This document shows positions 29,401 to 41,790 of a stretch of 64,000 nucleotides of DNA, in pieces. This DNA comes from the human T2T-CHM13v2.0 reference genome, Homo sapiens, in assembly GCF_009914755.1 (NCBI RefSeq), contig NC_060925.1. The stretch is one strand, 5' to 3'. The notes beneath the pieces are model-generated. The model saw nothing but the letters and a program-made list of their open reading frames with translations. It was not told where the DNA came from and made no database searches. Made by a program: the position numbers and the translations under genes. Each line of letters begins with the position of its first letter. The first letter of the stretch is position 1.

Positions 29401-29429
29401 ACATTATTATCACTATTTCTGCACTCTTG

Positions 29430-29970
29430 TGCTTAAAAGCTTTTGATGGGTCCCTATTTCCTAGAGGAGAGAACCTGAATTACTTAACATGGTCCTCAAC
29501 CTCCTTCAGATTCTCATCTTGATTTCCCTTTCCAGCTTCCTCACCCCTCCTTCTCCCACAAAGCCACACACCAGCCCCACAGACTGCCAGGCTCCTCTGA
29601 GCATCCCTTTGTCCTGGGCTCATGCTGCTCCCTCTGCCTGCACAGTCCTGCCCTGCTGACCAGCAGCCCTCACTTCCCGGTCCCACAGAAAGGCTCCTCC
29701 TCCTTAGGAGCTCAGCTCCTGGGACCTCTCTAGACTACTGCTCCCTGACACCTGCCCTTCCAAGAGAATAATGGCTCTTGCCCAGATTGTACCACACATA
29801 CGTCTTTCAGGTATCATCTACTTCACAGTATGAGAGTAAGTTGTTTACCAGGCTGTCCCTCTTGCCAGTATGCTCTTCCAGGACAGAAACCAGAACCAAT
29901 TCCTATTTTTATATCAGGGTCTGAAATAGTGTTAGGCACAACCAGGTGCTAAATGAATGTTTATTGAATC
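29430..29970 (+). mobile_element. L2 3' fragment
   Basis: GCTCATGCTGCTCCCTCTGCCTG...CAGGACAGAAACC...GGTGCTAAATGAATGTTTATTGAAT. Confidence 0.7.
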
Positions 29971-30310
29971 CAGTGGAATCGAACTAAATTAAACTGATTT
30001 GAACTAGAGTTTCAACTAGATCACTTCTAAGGTGTCTTCCAAACTTTAGATTCCACAAGCCCCTGTTTTGATAAAATATTCGATTTAACTCCCTTCTCTG
30101 AGCTTAGTTTCCTTATCTATAAAACGTGAATGATAATGTCTAACTCACAGGGCTATTGGGAGACGTAAATGGGTCAATTCATGTGAAAAGACACTGTACA
30201 TTTCAACTGCTACACAAGTGTTAAGTAGTATAGACTTTCTTACCCTTGTGCATCTTCTGGGAGAGGACAGAATAATAGAAAAGTGCATTGTCTGTGCAGC
30301 TAAATTTGTA

Positions 30311-30391
30311 TTAGTTTGGTGCAAAAGTAACTGCGGTTTTTGCCATTACTTTCAATGGTAAAAAGCACAATTACTTTTGCAACCAACCTAA
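30311..30391. mobile_element. MADE1 (HSMAR1-derived MITE), complete
   Basis: TA|TTAGTTTGGTGCAAAAGTAACTGCGGTTTTTGCCATT ACTTTC AATGGTAAAAAGCACAATTACTTTTGCAACCAACCTAA|TA. Confidence 0.97.
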
Positions 30392-31532
30392 TACTTGTTG
30401 TAAATATTATTCCCATTCCAATTCCCCTTAGTAAAGGTAATCTAAGTTTCATTCCTTCCCTGCTATTCATTTCAACTGGATAGAATTGGGATGAATACCT
30501 GGAGTAAGTCTCCGTACAGTGTGGCCTTCCGTTCAGATTCTCATCTCAGTTCCTATAATAGAAGGATTGCAGAAAATACCTTTTCTCCTCCCTCCTGTTT
30601 CTTCAACCTCCTCCATAATATCAAAGCCCAGTCCATCTTTTTATGATGATACTCATCATCAAAGACATCATTTGACTTTGACGCCAGAGAATGACTTTGC
30701 ATGCCAGTGACTAACAATGTTACGGAAAATTATTTCTTTAGAACTATGCTACTTCACTGTCAAAGAAAATGTCACTTTTGTAAGGTAATAAATGTGGTTT
30801 ATTCGGAGCGTGGATATGTTGAGATCTGCCATTTAATTTGATAACAGCTCATCCTCAGCAATTCTTTGAGATAAAGTCACTCAAGAGCAATTTCTGGCAA
30901 GTACTTTCCCAAGTGTTTCCTGAATCCCTGTGTTCCAGAATGACAGCTCCTGTTTGTCTGAGGCATCTTTTGAAGAAAAAGGATTAATTCACTAAATAGG
31001 AGGCTTGGAGGAGCCCTGTTTCTTGTCACCCAGTCCAGAGCAGTCAATGCCCTATCTCCAGTTTCCATCATACGTGGGAAACTACTCTTAGCATCCAAAG
31101 GTGCAGTTGGGTAGCATTTCTGGCAGCATTCCTACTGTGCCCCAGATGAGCTCAGGAAAAAGACACTCAATTGTGGGAGGAGAAAAGAGAGGGCAACTCC
31201 TCCTTCTCTATAGGTAGCTGCGCAGTTGCAACAAAGGCTGGGCCAAATATTTGCTCATCTATGGGAACACAGCCCTGAAATGGGGTCAGGAGCGCTACAG
31301 AGAGTAAGACATTGGCTCAAAGGACTCATAGAGTCATCTTTACTTACAGGACACACCTGTGTGTCCACTGTCCTAAGTATTTTACTCATTTCTGAAACTG
31401 CAACGATAAATGACTTCATGAAATATTCTCTGTGCGTGTTTGGATGCGCATATAATGCATTCAAATCTATGTAGAATCATAGCATGTTTAAATCGGAAGA
31501 AACAAGACTCTGAGACATTGGAAGATAGTGAC

Positions 31533-31863
31533 TTTTTTAAGTTTTATTTTGGGCTTGGGGTACATGTGCAGGTTTGTTATATAGGTCAATTGCATGTTGC
31601 AGGGGCTTGGTGTACAGATTATTTCACCATGCAAGTAATAAGCATAGTACTCGATAGGTAGTTTTTTGATCCTCTCCCTCTTCCCACCTTCCACCCTCAA
31701 GTAGGCCCTGGTGTCTGTTGTTTCCTTCTTTGTGTCCATGAGTACTCAGTGTTTCGTGCCCACTTATAAGTGAGAACATGCGGTACTTGGTTTTCTGTTC
31801 CTGTGTTAATTTGTTTAGAATAAGTGCCTCCAGCTCCATCCATGTTGCTGCGAAGGACATGAT
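31533..31863 (-). mobile_element. older L1PA (L1PA13-16-like) 3' end, 5'-truncated
   Basis: GGGGTACATGTGCAGGTTTGTTA...CCCACTTATAAGTGAGAACATG; ORF track KTKYRMFSLISG; TSD GATAGTGA at 31524-31531 and 31869-31876. Confidence 0.92.
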
Positions 31864-31909
31864 GTTGTGATAGTGAATCTTCTTTATTCATTTGTTTCAG
31901 GAACAGAAA

Positions 31910-32095
31910 AGCTGGAGTCAAAACCCTTACTGATACTTATTCCCAGTTGGAAAACCTTGAATATGTCCCTTAATCTCATAAACTTTCTCAAGAGCAAAAT
32001 AGAGATGGAATTAATATCTTCCCAAGGACTGGATGCAATAACATAGACAAAGCACTCAGCACAGTGCCTGGCATCCTGTAGGAACTCAGTTCACA
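31910..32095 (+). mobile_element. MIR
   Basis: GCTGGAGTCA...AAAGCACTCAGCACAGTGCCTGGCATCCTGTAGGAACTCAG. Confidence 0.7.
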
Positions 32096-34296
32096 GTGGT
32101 TGTCATTGCAGTTGTCAGAGGTGATACTATAAGAGACTGCAGTAGTTGCAATAGTGACTGAGCACTTATCACAGTGCATAGAATACAGGGAAGGCCCAGT
32201 AAATGTTGAATTTATGACTAACTAGTAAGTGGATAAGTAAGCCTACTGTCCTTCATAGTTCAGAAAAGGGTACTGAGGAACAGGAGGGTTAATGAGTGGA
32301 AAAAAGTCACACAGCAGGTTTTTGGCCTCAGAGCCTTTGATTCAGAGTTCAGAGCTCTTTTAGTTATCTCTGATCATCACCTCTTTCCCCACAGTCTCAG
32401 CATCTCATATGCTCCCCAACATATGTGTGTATGTTTGAGATACACATGCCTGTCTGACAAATAGGAAAACTAAAATTTTGAAGGAGGTGCCCTACCTGGG
32501 TTCCCTGGGGGCTGGTGATAACCTGCAGATGGATGCACTGTCTGATGCATCTTGTATTTTGCTTCTCTTATGTCAGAAGCCCAGGTCTGGAGCAGGATTG
32601 AGCCGGAGCCTGGAGGTGAAGCAGTTAAGCTGAAATTTGAGCACAGATCTCCAGAGATTCTGTGGCTGAATGACATTGGGAAGATACATAAATTTGTCTC
32701 CAAAATGTCTTTGCTTTTGTCTTCTTTGTATTGCCCTTCTCCACCTTATCCATTTGATTTACACCACGGTTTCTACCCTACCCAGGAAGTGTAGCCACAG
32801 CAAGAAAGACAGAAGAAACAAAAGACGTTACAGTCCTGGCATAAATTATAGGTTTAGAAAAATAATTGTCTAGCCCATTTCCCACCATATAGAGGGAAAT
32901 GAAAAATAAAATCTCTGAGCTGACAAATTGAAAAACAATAGGCAAGGAAACAAGAACGATCCTGGTTTGAGTTTCTGAGAATGGGCCCTGTCACCTACTA
33001 ATCTTGGACTATGTCCTGGGGATTGACATTGCTGGGAAATGCATGATATCCCTGTTAAACTGAAGACCAGGAGGAGATGATAGAAACCATGGTCTGCTTT
33101 CTATAAAGCAGGGAGGGAGGAGTAGGGCATCACCCACAGTGGCTCCTTATATCCTCAAGCAGCAGACGCAAAGCAAGCAGGCCACAAAGGAAGTTGGGGA
33201 AGAAAGGGACAGCCCACCACATGTTTCCTGGGCCTCCAGAGTTGCTGAAAGAGCAGTCAAGCTTTCCTCTGTCTACTCCCCCTCATCACTCCCAAATAAG
33301 CGAAGAGGTAAGAGTTGAGGAACAGTAGAGGGAGGAAGAGAGGGATGGAGGGAGTGGGAGAAAGAGAAAGAAACAGCACACCTGAAGGAGTGTCACAGTC
33401 TTGACAAGAAAATCCCACAGTGGAAAAGCTTGTGGACAGAAGACCAGATGTGGATGCAGAGATCCCAGCGGAGTCCTGTGAGAAACTATGATGACAATCA
33501 AGAAGGAGATGTAGCAATGCACATCTCTGTACATGGGCAGTTACAGATTCCCACCAGATACTTGTCTCCACCCCAATGTGACTATGTACTCCAGAATGTA
33601 TAGGTTGCCTCAGAAAGGAAGCACAAGAGAAAACCTAGGGTTTATTGACTTTAAACCAAAAGTGTTTGAATCTACTCTAAGTGGACTAAGATTGTTTTTC
33701 AGGCCTCAGGTGAATTGGGAGCTAAAGATACAACTCTTGCAAAATGTGAATTGTATTTTTGCACACCGGGGGGACTGACTTTAAATTATTTCCTACTATG
33801 AATTTTTTTTTGTCTTGGGATGCCAGTATGTGACAGCCATTGGGCTATATACCATCATCCATTCTGCCCAAACTTACTCAGTCTGCTGAGAGCAATCTAA
33901 ATAGGTCTCTGTTGTACATCAGAGCAGGCCCAAAACACAGGCATACACTCAAATGCTCAGAAAACTTTCCAAAGTACCTTTAACACAGCAGGGGTTTAGT
34001 CGTGGTGGTGACAATGACATTAGTGATGACTGTACACACTCCAGATATAAAATCCTCCAGAATAATGGACACAAAATCCTTAATATATATCATGTTTGGC
34101 ATTCTTAGTATAAGACTTGGAAATGTTTTATCGTCAAACTCTTTTTATCTTTATACCTCTTACTTGAACTCCAGATTCATAAATCTATTGCCTATTTGAC
34201 ATCTCTACTTGAATGTGTAACAGACATCTCAACTTAACACATCCAAAGCTTAACCTGTGAGCTCCACCCCAGCCCCTATCCCCTCCCCAGCCAAAT

Positions 34297-34724
34297 CTAT
34301 GATCCAAAAATATTAAATAAAAAAATTCTAGAAATAAATAATTCATAAGTTTTCATTTGTGCACCATCCTGAGTATTGTGATGAAATCTTGCACCAGCCC
34401 ACTCTACCCCACCAGGGACGTGAATCATCCTTTTGTCCAGCACATCCATGATGTCTATGCTACCCTTAGCCACTTGGTAGCTGCCAGTAAATTGGCTGTC
34501 ATAGTGCTGTGTTCAAATAACCCTGATTTTCCTTAGTTGTTCTATTGTAGTATTAGTTGTTATTATTAATATCTTACTGTACCTAACTTACAAATCAAAC
34601 TTTACCATAGGTATGTATGAGTGGGAAAAATCATAGTGTACCTAGGGTTCAGTAGTATCCATGGTTTCTGTCATTAACTGGGGGATCTTGAAACAGATCC
34701 TCATGGACAAAGGGTGGTCTACTG
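34297..34724 (+). mobile_element. MER44B-like (Tigger7-derived) element, left end missing
   Basis: GGGACGTGAATCATCCTTTTGTCCAGCACATCC...AGGGTTCAGTAGTATCCATGG...GGTCTACTG|TA. Confidence 0.85.
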
Positions 34725-34992
34725 TACCTTCAAAAAATATTCAGAATTCGACCACTCTTAACAGCTCCACTGCTACTACTCTTGTCTAAACCATCTCTCA
34801 CCTGGACACTTCAATTGCTTCCTACTGGTCTTCCTCCTTTCACTTCTGCCATGCTATGTTTCACAGAGCAGTCAGAATGATCCTTTTAAAATGTAAATCA
34901 TGTGATGTTACCCCTCTGTTCAAAAACCCTCTGATGGCTTTTATCTGACTCAGATAAAATCCCAAATTTCCAGACCTCCTTCCCAGACCTCC

Positions 34993-35126
34993 TTTGAAAT
35001 GAAATTTAGATGTGGTACTTCTTCAGGCCATATACTCTCTCTGTGACTTGGGAAAGGTATTTGAACTCACTCCTGTGTGTTTCTGATCCTGCGTCCTTAA
35101 GTTAGTGGCAATCATAGTATATACCT
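34993..35126 (+). repeat. dispersed direct duplicate of 36164-36295
   Basis: manual alignment: about 13 substitutions plus one 2-bp indel over ~133 bp; ORF track shows shared VYTMIATNLR. Confidence 0.95.
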
Positions 35127-36149
35127 TGAACATGCCAGGCATGTCCTTGCCTTGGGAATTTGCATGGCTGAAACCTCTCCCTGAAATATTCTTCTCCCAA
35201 TTATTCATATAGAGTGTCCTACTTTTTCAAGTATTTGCTCAAATATCACCTTTAAAAATAAGTCCTCTCCTGAGCACCCCATCATAAATTGCACCCTGGC
35301 ACTCTTCCTCTGCACTCCTAATATCTTCCTCTGCCTGGACTTTTTTGCCTTTAGTATTTATCACCTTTTTCCATATACCATAATTTTATGTTTATTGCTT
35401 GTTACCTGTCTCCTCTCACTAGAATATAATCTCCACAATGGCAGAGGGTCATTCTGATTTGCTTTTTGAGGTACTCAGGCACTGAGAATATTGCCACGTA
35501 TATGGGAGGCATTCCGTAAATATTGCATGAACTAATGAACTAAAATCACTGGACACAAAATGTTAACATTAAAAGGGACTCTGAGGTTTATCTGGCCAAG
35601 TCAGTGGCTTCCTGACTCTCTTGTTCTGTTGATCCATCCTTGATCTTGAAATAATGTTGTTATGCATCTTTTCCCTTCAGGATTTGAAGTGCAAAGAGGT
35701 TTAGCCATACTCATTAGTTCATGACAGTCTCTTGTCAACATCTCCATTCTCCTCCTGCTGCCCTCCCCAGGCACCTCCTCTGTTATGTTTCATCTAAATA
35801 TGCTCCAGTAGGAATATGGTACAGACATTGTTTTTTGTATTTGTTCGCTTAACTTCTATATATGGTATCATGCTATAGAACTCACCTTGTCTCTTATTTT
35901 TTTCACTCAACTGCATGGTTCAAATCTTGCTATGTTGCTATATTAATTGTTTAACTGCTGCATGTTTCCCTTGGGTGAACTCACTATATTTTACTCTTCC
36001 ATTCCACTATGTAACATGACTTAAAAGCATCTATTTGCAATTGCTTTCTTTTTCAGGATCAGCAATAGTCATCCTGATTTCAAATCATTTTTAGGAATAA
36101 GGACGAAGATGAGCTGGGTGCAACAAGAATGAGATCATGTTGAGTACTG

Positions 36150-36340
36150 GTAGGAGCAGGGAATTTGAACTGAAGTTTGGATGTGGTTCTTTATCAGGCC
36201 ATATACTCTCTCTGATTTGGGAAAGGTATTTGACTTCTCTCCTGTGTGTTTCTGATTCTGCATCCTTAAGTTGGTGGCAATCATAGTATATACCTCAGAG
36301 GGTTGTGACAACGAAAACACAGTAAGATATATCAGCAAGG
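36150..36340 (+). mobile_element. degenerate MIR, likely donor of the duplicate at 34993-35126
   Basis: TGATTTGGGAAAGGTATTTGACTTCTCT...ATAGTATATACCTCAGAGGGTTGTG follows MIR order. Confidence 0.6.
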
Positions 36341-36404
36341 GATATAAAATTATTTCATCAACTAATAAGCTCTACTCAAATATTAATGGTCATTTTATTT
36401 TGCC

Positions 36405-36570
36405 TTTTTTTTTCATTTTTTCTTATTTTATTTCAATAGGTTTTTGGGGGAGCAGGTGGTGTTTTGTTACAAGAATAAGTTTTTTAGTGGTGACTTCCGA
36501 CATTTTGGTGCATCCATCACCTGAGCAGTGTACACTGTATCCAGTGTGTAGTCTTTTATGCCTCACCCCC
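36405..36570 (-). mobile_element. L1PB-type 3' end
   Basis: TTTCAATAGGTTTTTGGGGGAGCAGGTGGTGTTTTGTTACA...CCATCACCTGAGCAGTGTACACTG. Confidence 0.88.
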
Positions 36571-37234
36571 AGAGAGTTTCATGGAAAGTTCTGCTTTCCG
36601 GAACATGTTGGCTGGAAATTACTCAATTAACATGCATACATCCCCCGAACATGGCAGATTGTGTTATATCTTTCTCCACATCAACAATGAAAAGGCTCCC
36701 TTTCCCTGCAGTCATGTACACAACACCTGGGAGGGCTGCAGCTCAGAGAACTAGTTCATCTAGGCTGTTTTGCACATTTCATAGCCTTAGTGGCTTCAAA
36801 AAAAGCTGGCACCAAAAGATCCTGCCTTAAAGGCAGCACAGTTATCCTCTGCACAAAGTCTTCTTTTGGTAATTTCCATAAAATTCAAGTCTTTTCTTGA
36901 CTGCTGCTCTAAGCAACAGGTCAGAGAGTACATAAAATAATTCCTAAAGGTACACATTTTACAGCCTTTTGAAAAATAGATTTGCAAATATAGATAGGGA
37001 ATTTTCTCAAGCTTAGTGAACATCAGCCACAACAAATTTTGTGATAGTAATTGGAAGAGGGTTACCCCAAAAATGAAGCAGGGAGCACATCTTGAATCTC
37101 TGCTTTGTTTAGAGGCATTCCTGGGTATGTTGAGTTAGTGAAACGGTCCATTAGAAGATCATTTTCATGTTTCTAAGAAGCCTCCTAGAAGAAAGCTCAT
37201 CCTAAGGAAATAAAGAACCAAGCATAAGACCAAC

Positions 37235-37878
37235 CAAAGTACAGGTTATGCTGCTGTAGCAAAGAAAACAAAAACATATAATAGTGTGAATTAGAGAGAA
37301 ACAGTCCAGAAATGGGCAGTCCAGGGTAACAAGGTAGCCATGCTCCATGAGGTCACTGAAACATCCGGGTCTCTTCCATTGAATAGCTCTGCCACCCTGT
37401 AGTGTGTTATCTTTGCTTGCATAGTCAAAGGATAACTACCAAGTTTTTTTTCCAACCTACGCAAAGGGCAAAAAAACATGGAGAAGCCCCCGTCTAATTC
37501 TTTAGGATGCAGCCACCATTTCAAGCCAACATAAGCATGTATCTTATGCTATTGTGTATTTTTGAGTCTCTTTGTTACATCAGCACAGTGTGTATTTAAA
37601 TTAAAACACTGGGTCATAGCAGCCTCCTTCCCTTAGGATAGATGATCTTTCTCCGAGGCCCTCAACAGAACCATTAAAATATATTTCAGTCCTGCTTGAA
37701 ACCTTTGACCTAAACTTGGTCATATTGTCAAATTTCATTACAAGAATCCTCAGGAAATGTAGTTTCTAGCTGAATGACATCTGCCCAGCTACCTTATTGG
37801 GGCAGGGGTAGAGGGGATCTGCTACTATAGGAGAAAAAGAGGTAAAAAGTTCTGGGGAACTGTTAGCAATTTCTGCCA
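37235..37878 (-). mobile_element. MaLR solo LTR (MLT1I/J-like)
   Basis: AGGTTATGCTGCTGTAGCAAA...GCTCCATGAGGTCAC...GGAAATGTAGTTTCTAGCTG...TTAGCAATTTCTGCCA. Confidence 0.6.
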
Positions 37879-38842
37879 AACCCAGTATCAAGGCAAAGGT
37901 TGTTGGAGAAGAGTGATTCTGGTCCCTGTAAATCAAATTTATCCTTAGCCTAGCTACGTGGACTCATGTCTAGGACCCAGTCTGAGACAGTGCTATACAT
38001 AAAAACCAAAAGATCAAACATGTTTAATTAAATGGTGGGTAAGTCTTGAGGGGATAAGCTAACTACTTTAGGGTCCCTCTCACATATTGGAAGGCCAAAA
38101 AAAGGGGGAGACAGCATCCCCTGTTTAACCAAGAAACAAAGTGCAGATATGTTACCTTAAGAGCTCAGTTGTCATTCCTAGCAGATTTCAGGGTCTTTTG
38201 GGAGATGGGAGAAACCACAGTGGTGACACATGGAAGACAGCAGTGGCTGGCAGGAGCTTTCAGTACCTTCCAGGATGCAGCAAAACCAATGGCAAGAGAT
38301 GGTAGCATCCAGCAAGGACTGAATGGCCTTATTGGTGATGGCGCTAGCGCCAGCAGAGGTGGCAGCACTTTCTGGGTGTGGAGAGAACATCAGCACTGCC
38401 TGGGGAAGCCGGTGACACTTGCTGGAGGCAGAGAGATCAGCGGTACCCAGGAACTCCACATGGCAGCTGGGGATTTACTCCTGGATGCATGTGAGCTCTC
38501 TCTAGTGGGCGGCCAGAAATATGTGTACGCATGTGCATGAGTGCACTTGCATGTGCATATGTGCTTGTGTGGTTACTTAGCATAAAGTCCTCCACAAAGA
38601 GGTGCCAGTGAAATTTATATTATAAAGTTGAAGTGGTCTCATTTGTATCCACAAGAGAATAAGCCGTGAGTTAACTAGTCAGTAAAGCTAAGTTTCATCC
38701 TCCAGCCATGAACATATTTTGAAGAGGCTCTTAGCACTTTTAGTACAGAGTAACTGCAAACTTTAAAGTATACAATGGCGGTTTAAAGTATGCAATGGAG
38801 TTTTTCATTTTTGAGAAAATAAAATGAAGTTAGAGGTTTTAG

Positions 38843-39185
<343 letters not shown>

Positions 39186-40399
39186 AGACCCCATGTTTTA
39201 ACACTGTCAAATGTTCTTGCATAGGATGACGTCTCCACTCATAGAGATTCCAGAGATGCCCACCAGAGCAAGGAGCTGGGTGATTTGGGGAACATTTTTT
39301 TGACAAGGCAGAGCCTGGGATCTTGAGGCACTGTGTAACAGTGGGGAAATGTCAAAGTTATTAATTTTTATAAAATATGTTAATAAGCTTCCCATTATTT
39401 CCTCTCATTATTCAGTGTTGCCTTTCTGGTTCTCTGACACTTAACTGTGACAATGTGACCCAAATATATCAGGCCTGCAGGCCTAGCTCCTCTTCTCCCA
39501 ACAGCTGGGACATTTGACCCCTGCCAAAGTCTCTGCTTCAGAGTCAGGGCAAATCATTCCCTCCTGTTTGGTCATTTTTTCATACCTAAAAAAACCCGTC
39601 GCATGCACGAAAGTATATAGGACTCAGTAAGTCCTCAGCAAATTTTGATATCCTTCCTCTTCTCTTCCTTGGATCTTCTCAAATTCTCTAAATATGGTTT
39701 TATCTCCTTAAAGGTAGAGAAATATAAAGTGTATCAGTTGGGTATTAGAGAAGAACTTCAACACTCCAAGGACACATCTACAAAGCAAGCCCCAGAAAAT
39801 GCTCCAATTAGCCATTTAGAGATTGAAAATAAGCCACCAGGAGCCACCACTCCCCACTTGGTGACCTGTGGCAGGCATTTCTATTAAACAGCATTCATTC
39901 TTTTTGTCCTGCATACTCTTTCCTTTCTGATAACTTGCAGCGCAGACCACTATCCTACTCAGAATAGGCTAGGCAGCCACTAGCAATTATTTAGAGCTAG
40001 CACATGAAATGAAAGCTATTTTCCATGCCTGCTGTAGTTTACCAATATAGACACTTAAATGAACCCCAACCTAGCGGTTCTAGATTGAACTTATTCAACA
40101 ATTTTTATCTGTGTAATTTGGTCTTTAACAGGTTTAAGTGAGTCACATGTGTCCAAGCTCAACCTTCTGAGGTCAGAAAACATTTGTGGGACCCTGGACA
40201 CTCTACCCAACTCGCCATGGAGTGAGTGTCATTAGGAATCTGCACCAATTTGGAGGACAAGGAGCACAAATTGTATAAGGGTTTATTTCTGTAGTTTTAT
40301 AGTCATATTTGCAGCATTAAATAGCTCTATTACTTAGATGGTTCTAGGGAGAGTTTAGAGCTTTTTCTACTTTTACCTCCAATAAAGGGAAAATAGAGC

Positions 40400-40761
40400 T
40401 TTTTACGTACATTGGTTAAAACTTTTAGTTTGGGGAGGAAAAAAACCGTAGTAAGAAATGGATCATACATATTACAACAAAGTTCTTCAATTATGAACTT
40501 TTTAAACTTAATGACATCGTGTCTTATATGCAATCCTGTAGATTGGCACTTCCCCAAAACTAATTATAGGTAACAGTTTAATTATCAAACTTGCTAGCAT
40601 GTTTTTATTTTTCACTGTAAATCTGTTTATTTTTTATTAATAACAATTCTGAAATCAATCCATTTGGGTTGGTGGTATACAGAATACATGTAAGCGTGTT
40701 AACTATTGTGACTTCTTTCAAGTCTAAATGATGTAATAAAACTTTTAAATTAAAAAAAAAA
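40400..40761 (+). pseudogene. probable processed pseudogene fragment (mRNA 3' UTR end), parent not identified
   Basis: AATAAA at 40735-40740, A10 at 40752-40761, candidate TSD AAAATAGAGC (40390-40399) / AAAAAAGAGC (40756-40765); not recognised as a TE. Confidence 0.6.
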
Positions 40762-41579
40762 GAGCAAGAGTTTTAAAAAAAGAGTCACGAAACCATGCCA
40801 AACAGACAAGCAGACAACTGGCCCACGCAGTCACTGTGATTGAAAGGAGATGTTTTGTAAACCAGAAGGAAGAACCACAAAACTTGGAGAGACAAGAAGG
40901 GGTGTCAGATCAGAACCTACATGGAAGGGTAAAATGTGGGCAAGGATGAGGAGGTCAGATGTCAAGAGTTTGCAGTCCCATCCACACTGCTCTGTGTGTA
41001 CCTGCTGTGGGGCCAGCTGCCTCTTTACACCTCAGGCTGATGCCACAAAGACATTTTGTATGATTTAACCTAAAACATTTCCCCTGCTAATCTCATCACT
41101 CATATGATCCAGGAACGTTGGTTAAAGAATCCAGAGACCTATATTTAAATTCCAATTCTTTTGTTTCTTTATGGGCAATGTGACCTTGTGAGAGCTGCCC
41201 AAATTCACCAGCCTTGGTCCCATGTTTATATAGCAATAGTCAGATGACTTGACCTCTAAGATCATTTGTCTTTAAAGTTCTATGATTCTGATTCTGATTT
41301 TGACTCTGGATGCCAAAAAACAGGAATGAACACCTTTAAAAAAAACATAATAAAGCAGCACTGGAAATTATCTTGCTATTTAGCAGTATTTTGGCCATTA
41401 TACTTGGTTTTTACATTTGCCAATTTGAGGCTAAAAATGATAATGTATCTATCATTAATATTTCTTTTCTGAGCATTCCATAAAACTATTATAAAGTCAA
41501 CCAAATTTGATAACTTATTAGAAGTCCAATTCCTGGACTATTTCATACTTTATGCATTAGATTATGTAATAACAGACAA

Positions 41580-41790
41580 ATAATTAAAGCTTTTAGTATG
41601 TGCCAGCTACTGAGTTAAGTATTTATATTTATTAGCTTGCTTAATCCTCCCAACAAAGATATTAGGTACTTTTATCCCTGGAAGGTGAAGAAACTGAAAG
41701 TTATGAGAATTAAGCAATTTGCTCAAGGTTACACAGCTAATAAATATTTAGAGCTGGATTTTTAACTTAAACCTTCTGACACCAGAGTCT
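41580..41790 (-). mobile_element. MIR
   Basis: TTAATCCTCCCAACAA...GGTGAAGAAACTGAAAG...TTTGCTCAAGGTTACACAGCTA. Confidence 0.8.

Larger units (their letters stand above)
34150..35540 (+). mobile_element. L2 fragment with nested MER44 and a foreign duplicated segment
   Basis: GACATCTCTACTTGAATGTGTAACAGACATCTCAAC...GTCAGAATGATCCTTTTAAAATGTAAATCA...CACTAGAATATAATCTCCACAATGGCAG. Confidence 0.85.

Noticed and set aside
32990-33770. Possible ancient LTR or exon (GAG|GTAAGA near 33307)
   Set aside because: Could not assign a family or exon boundaries by eye; the same applies to 60-480 and 22950-23440. Needs a Dfam search.
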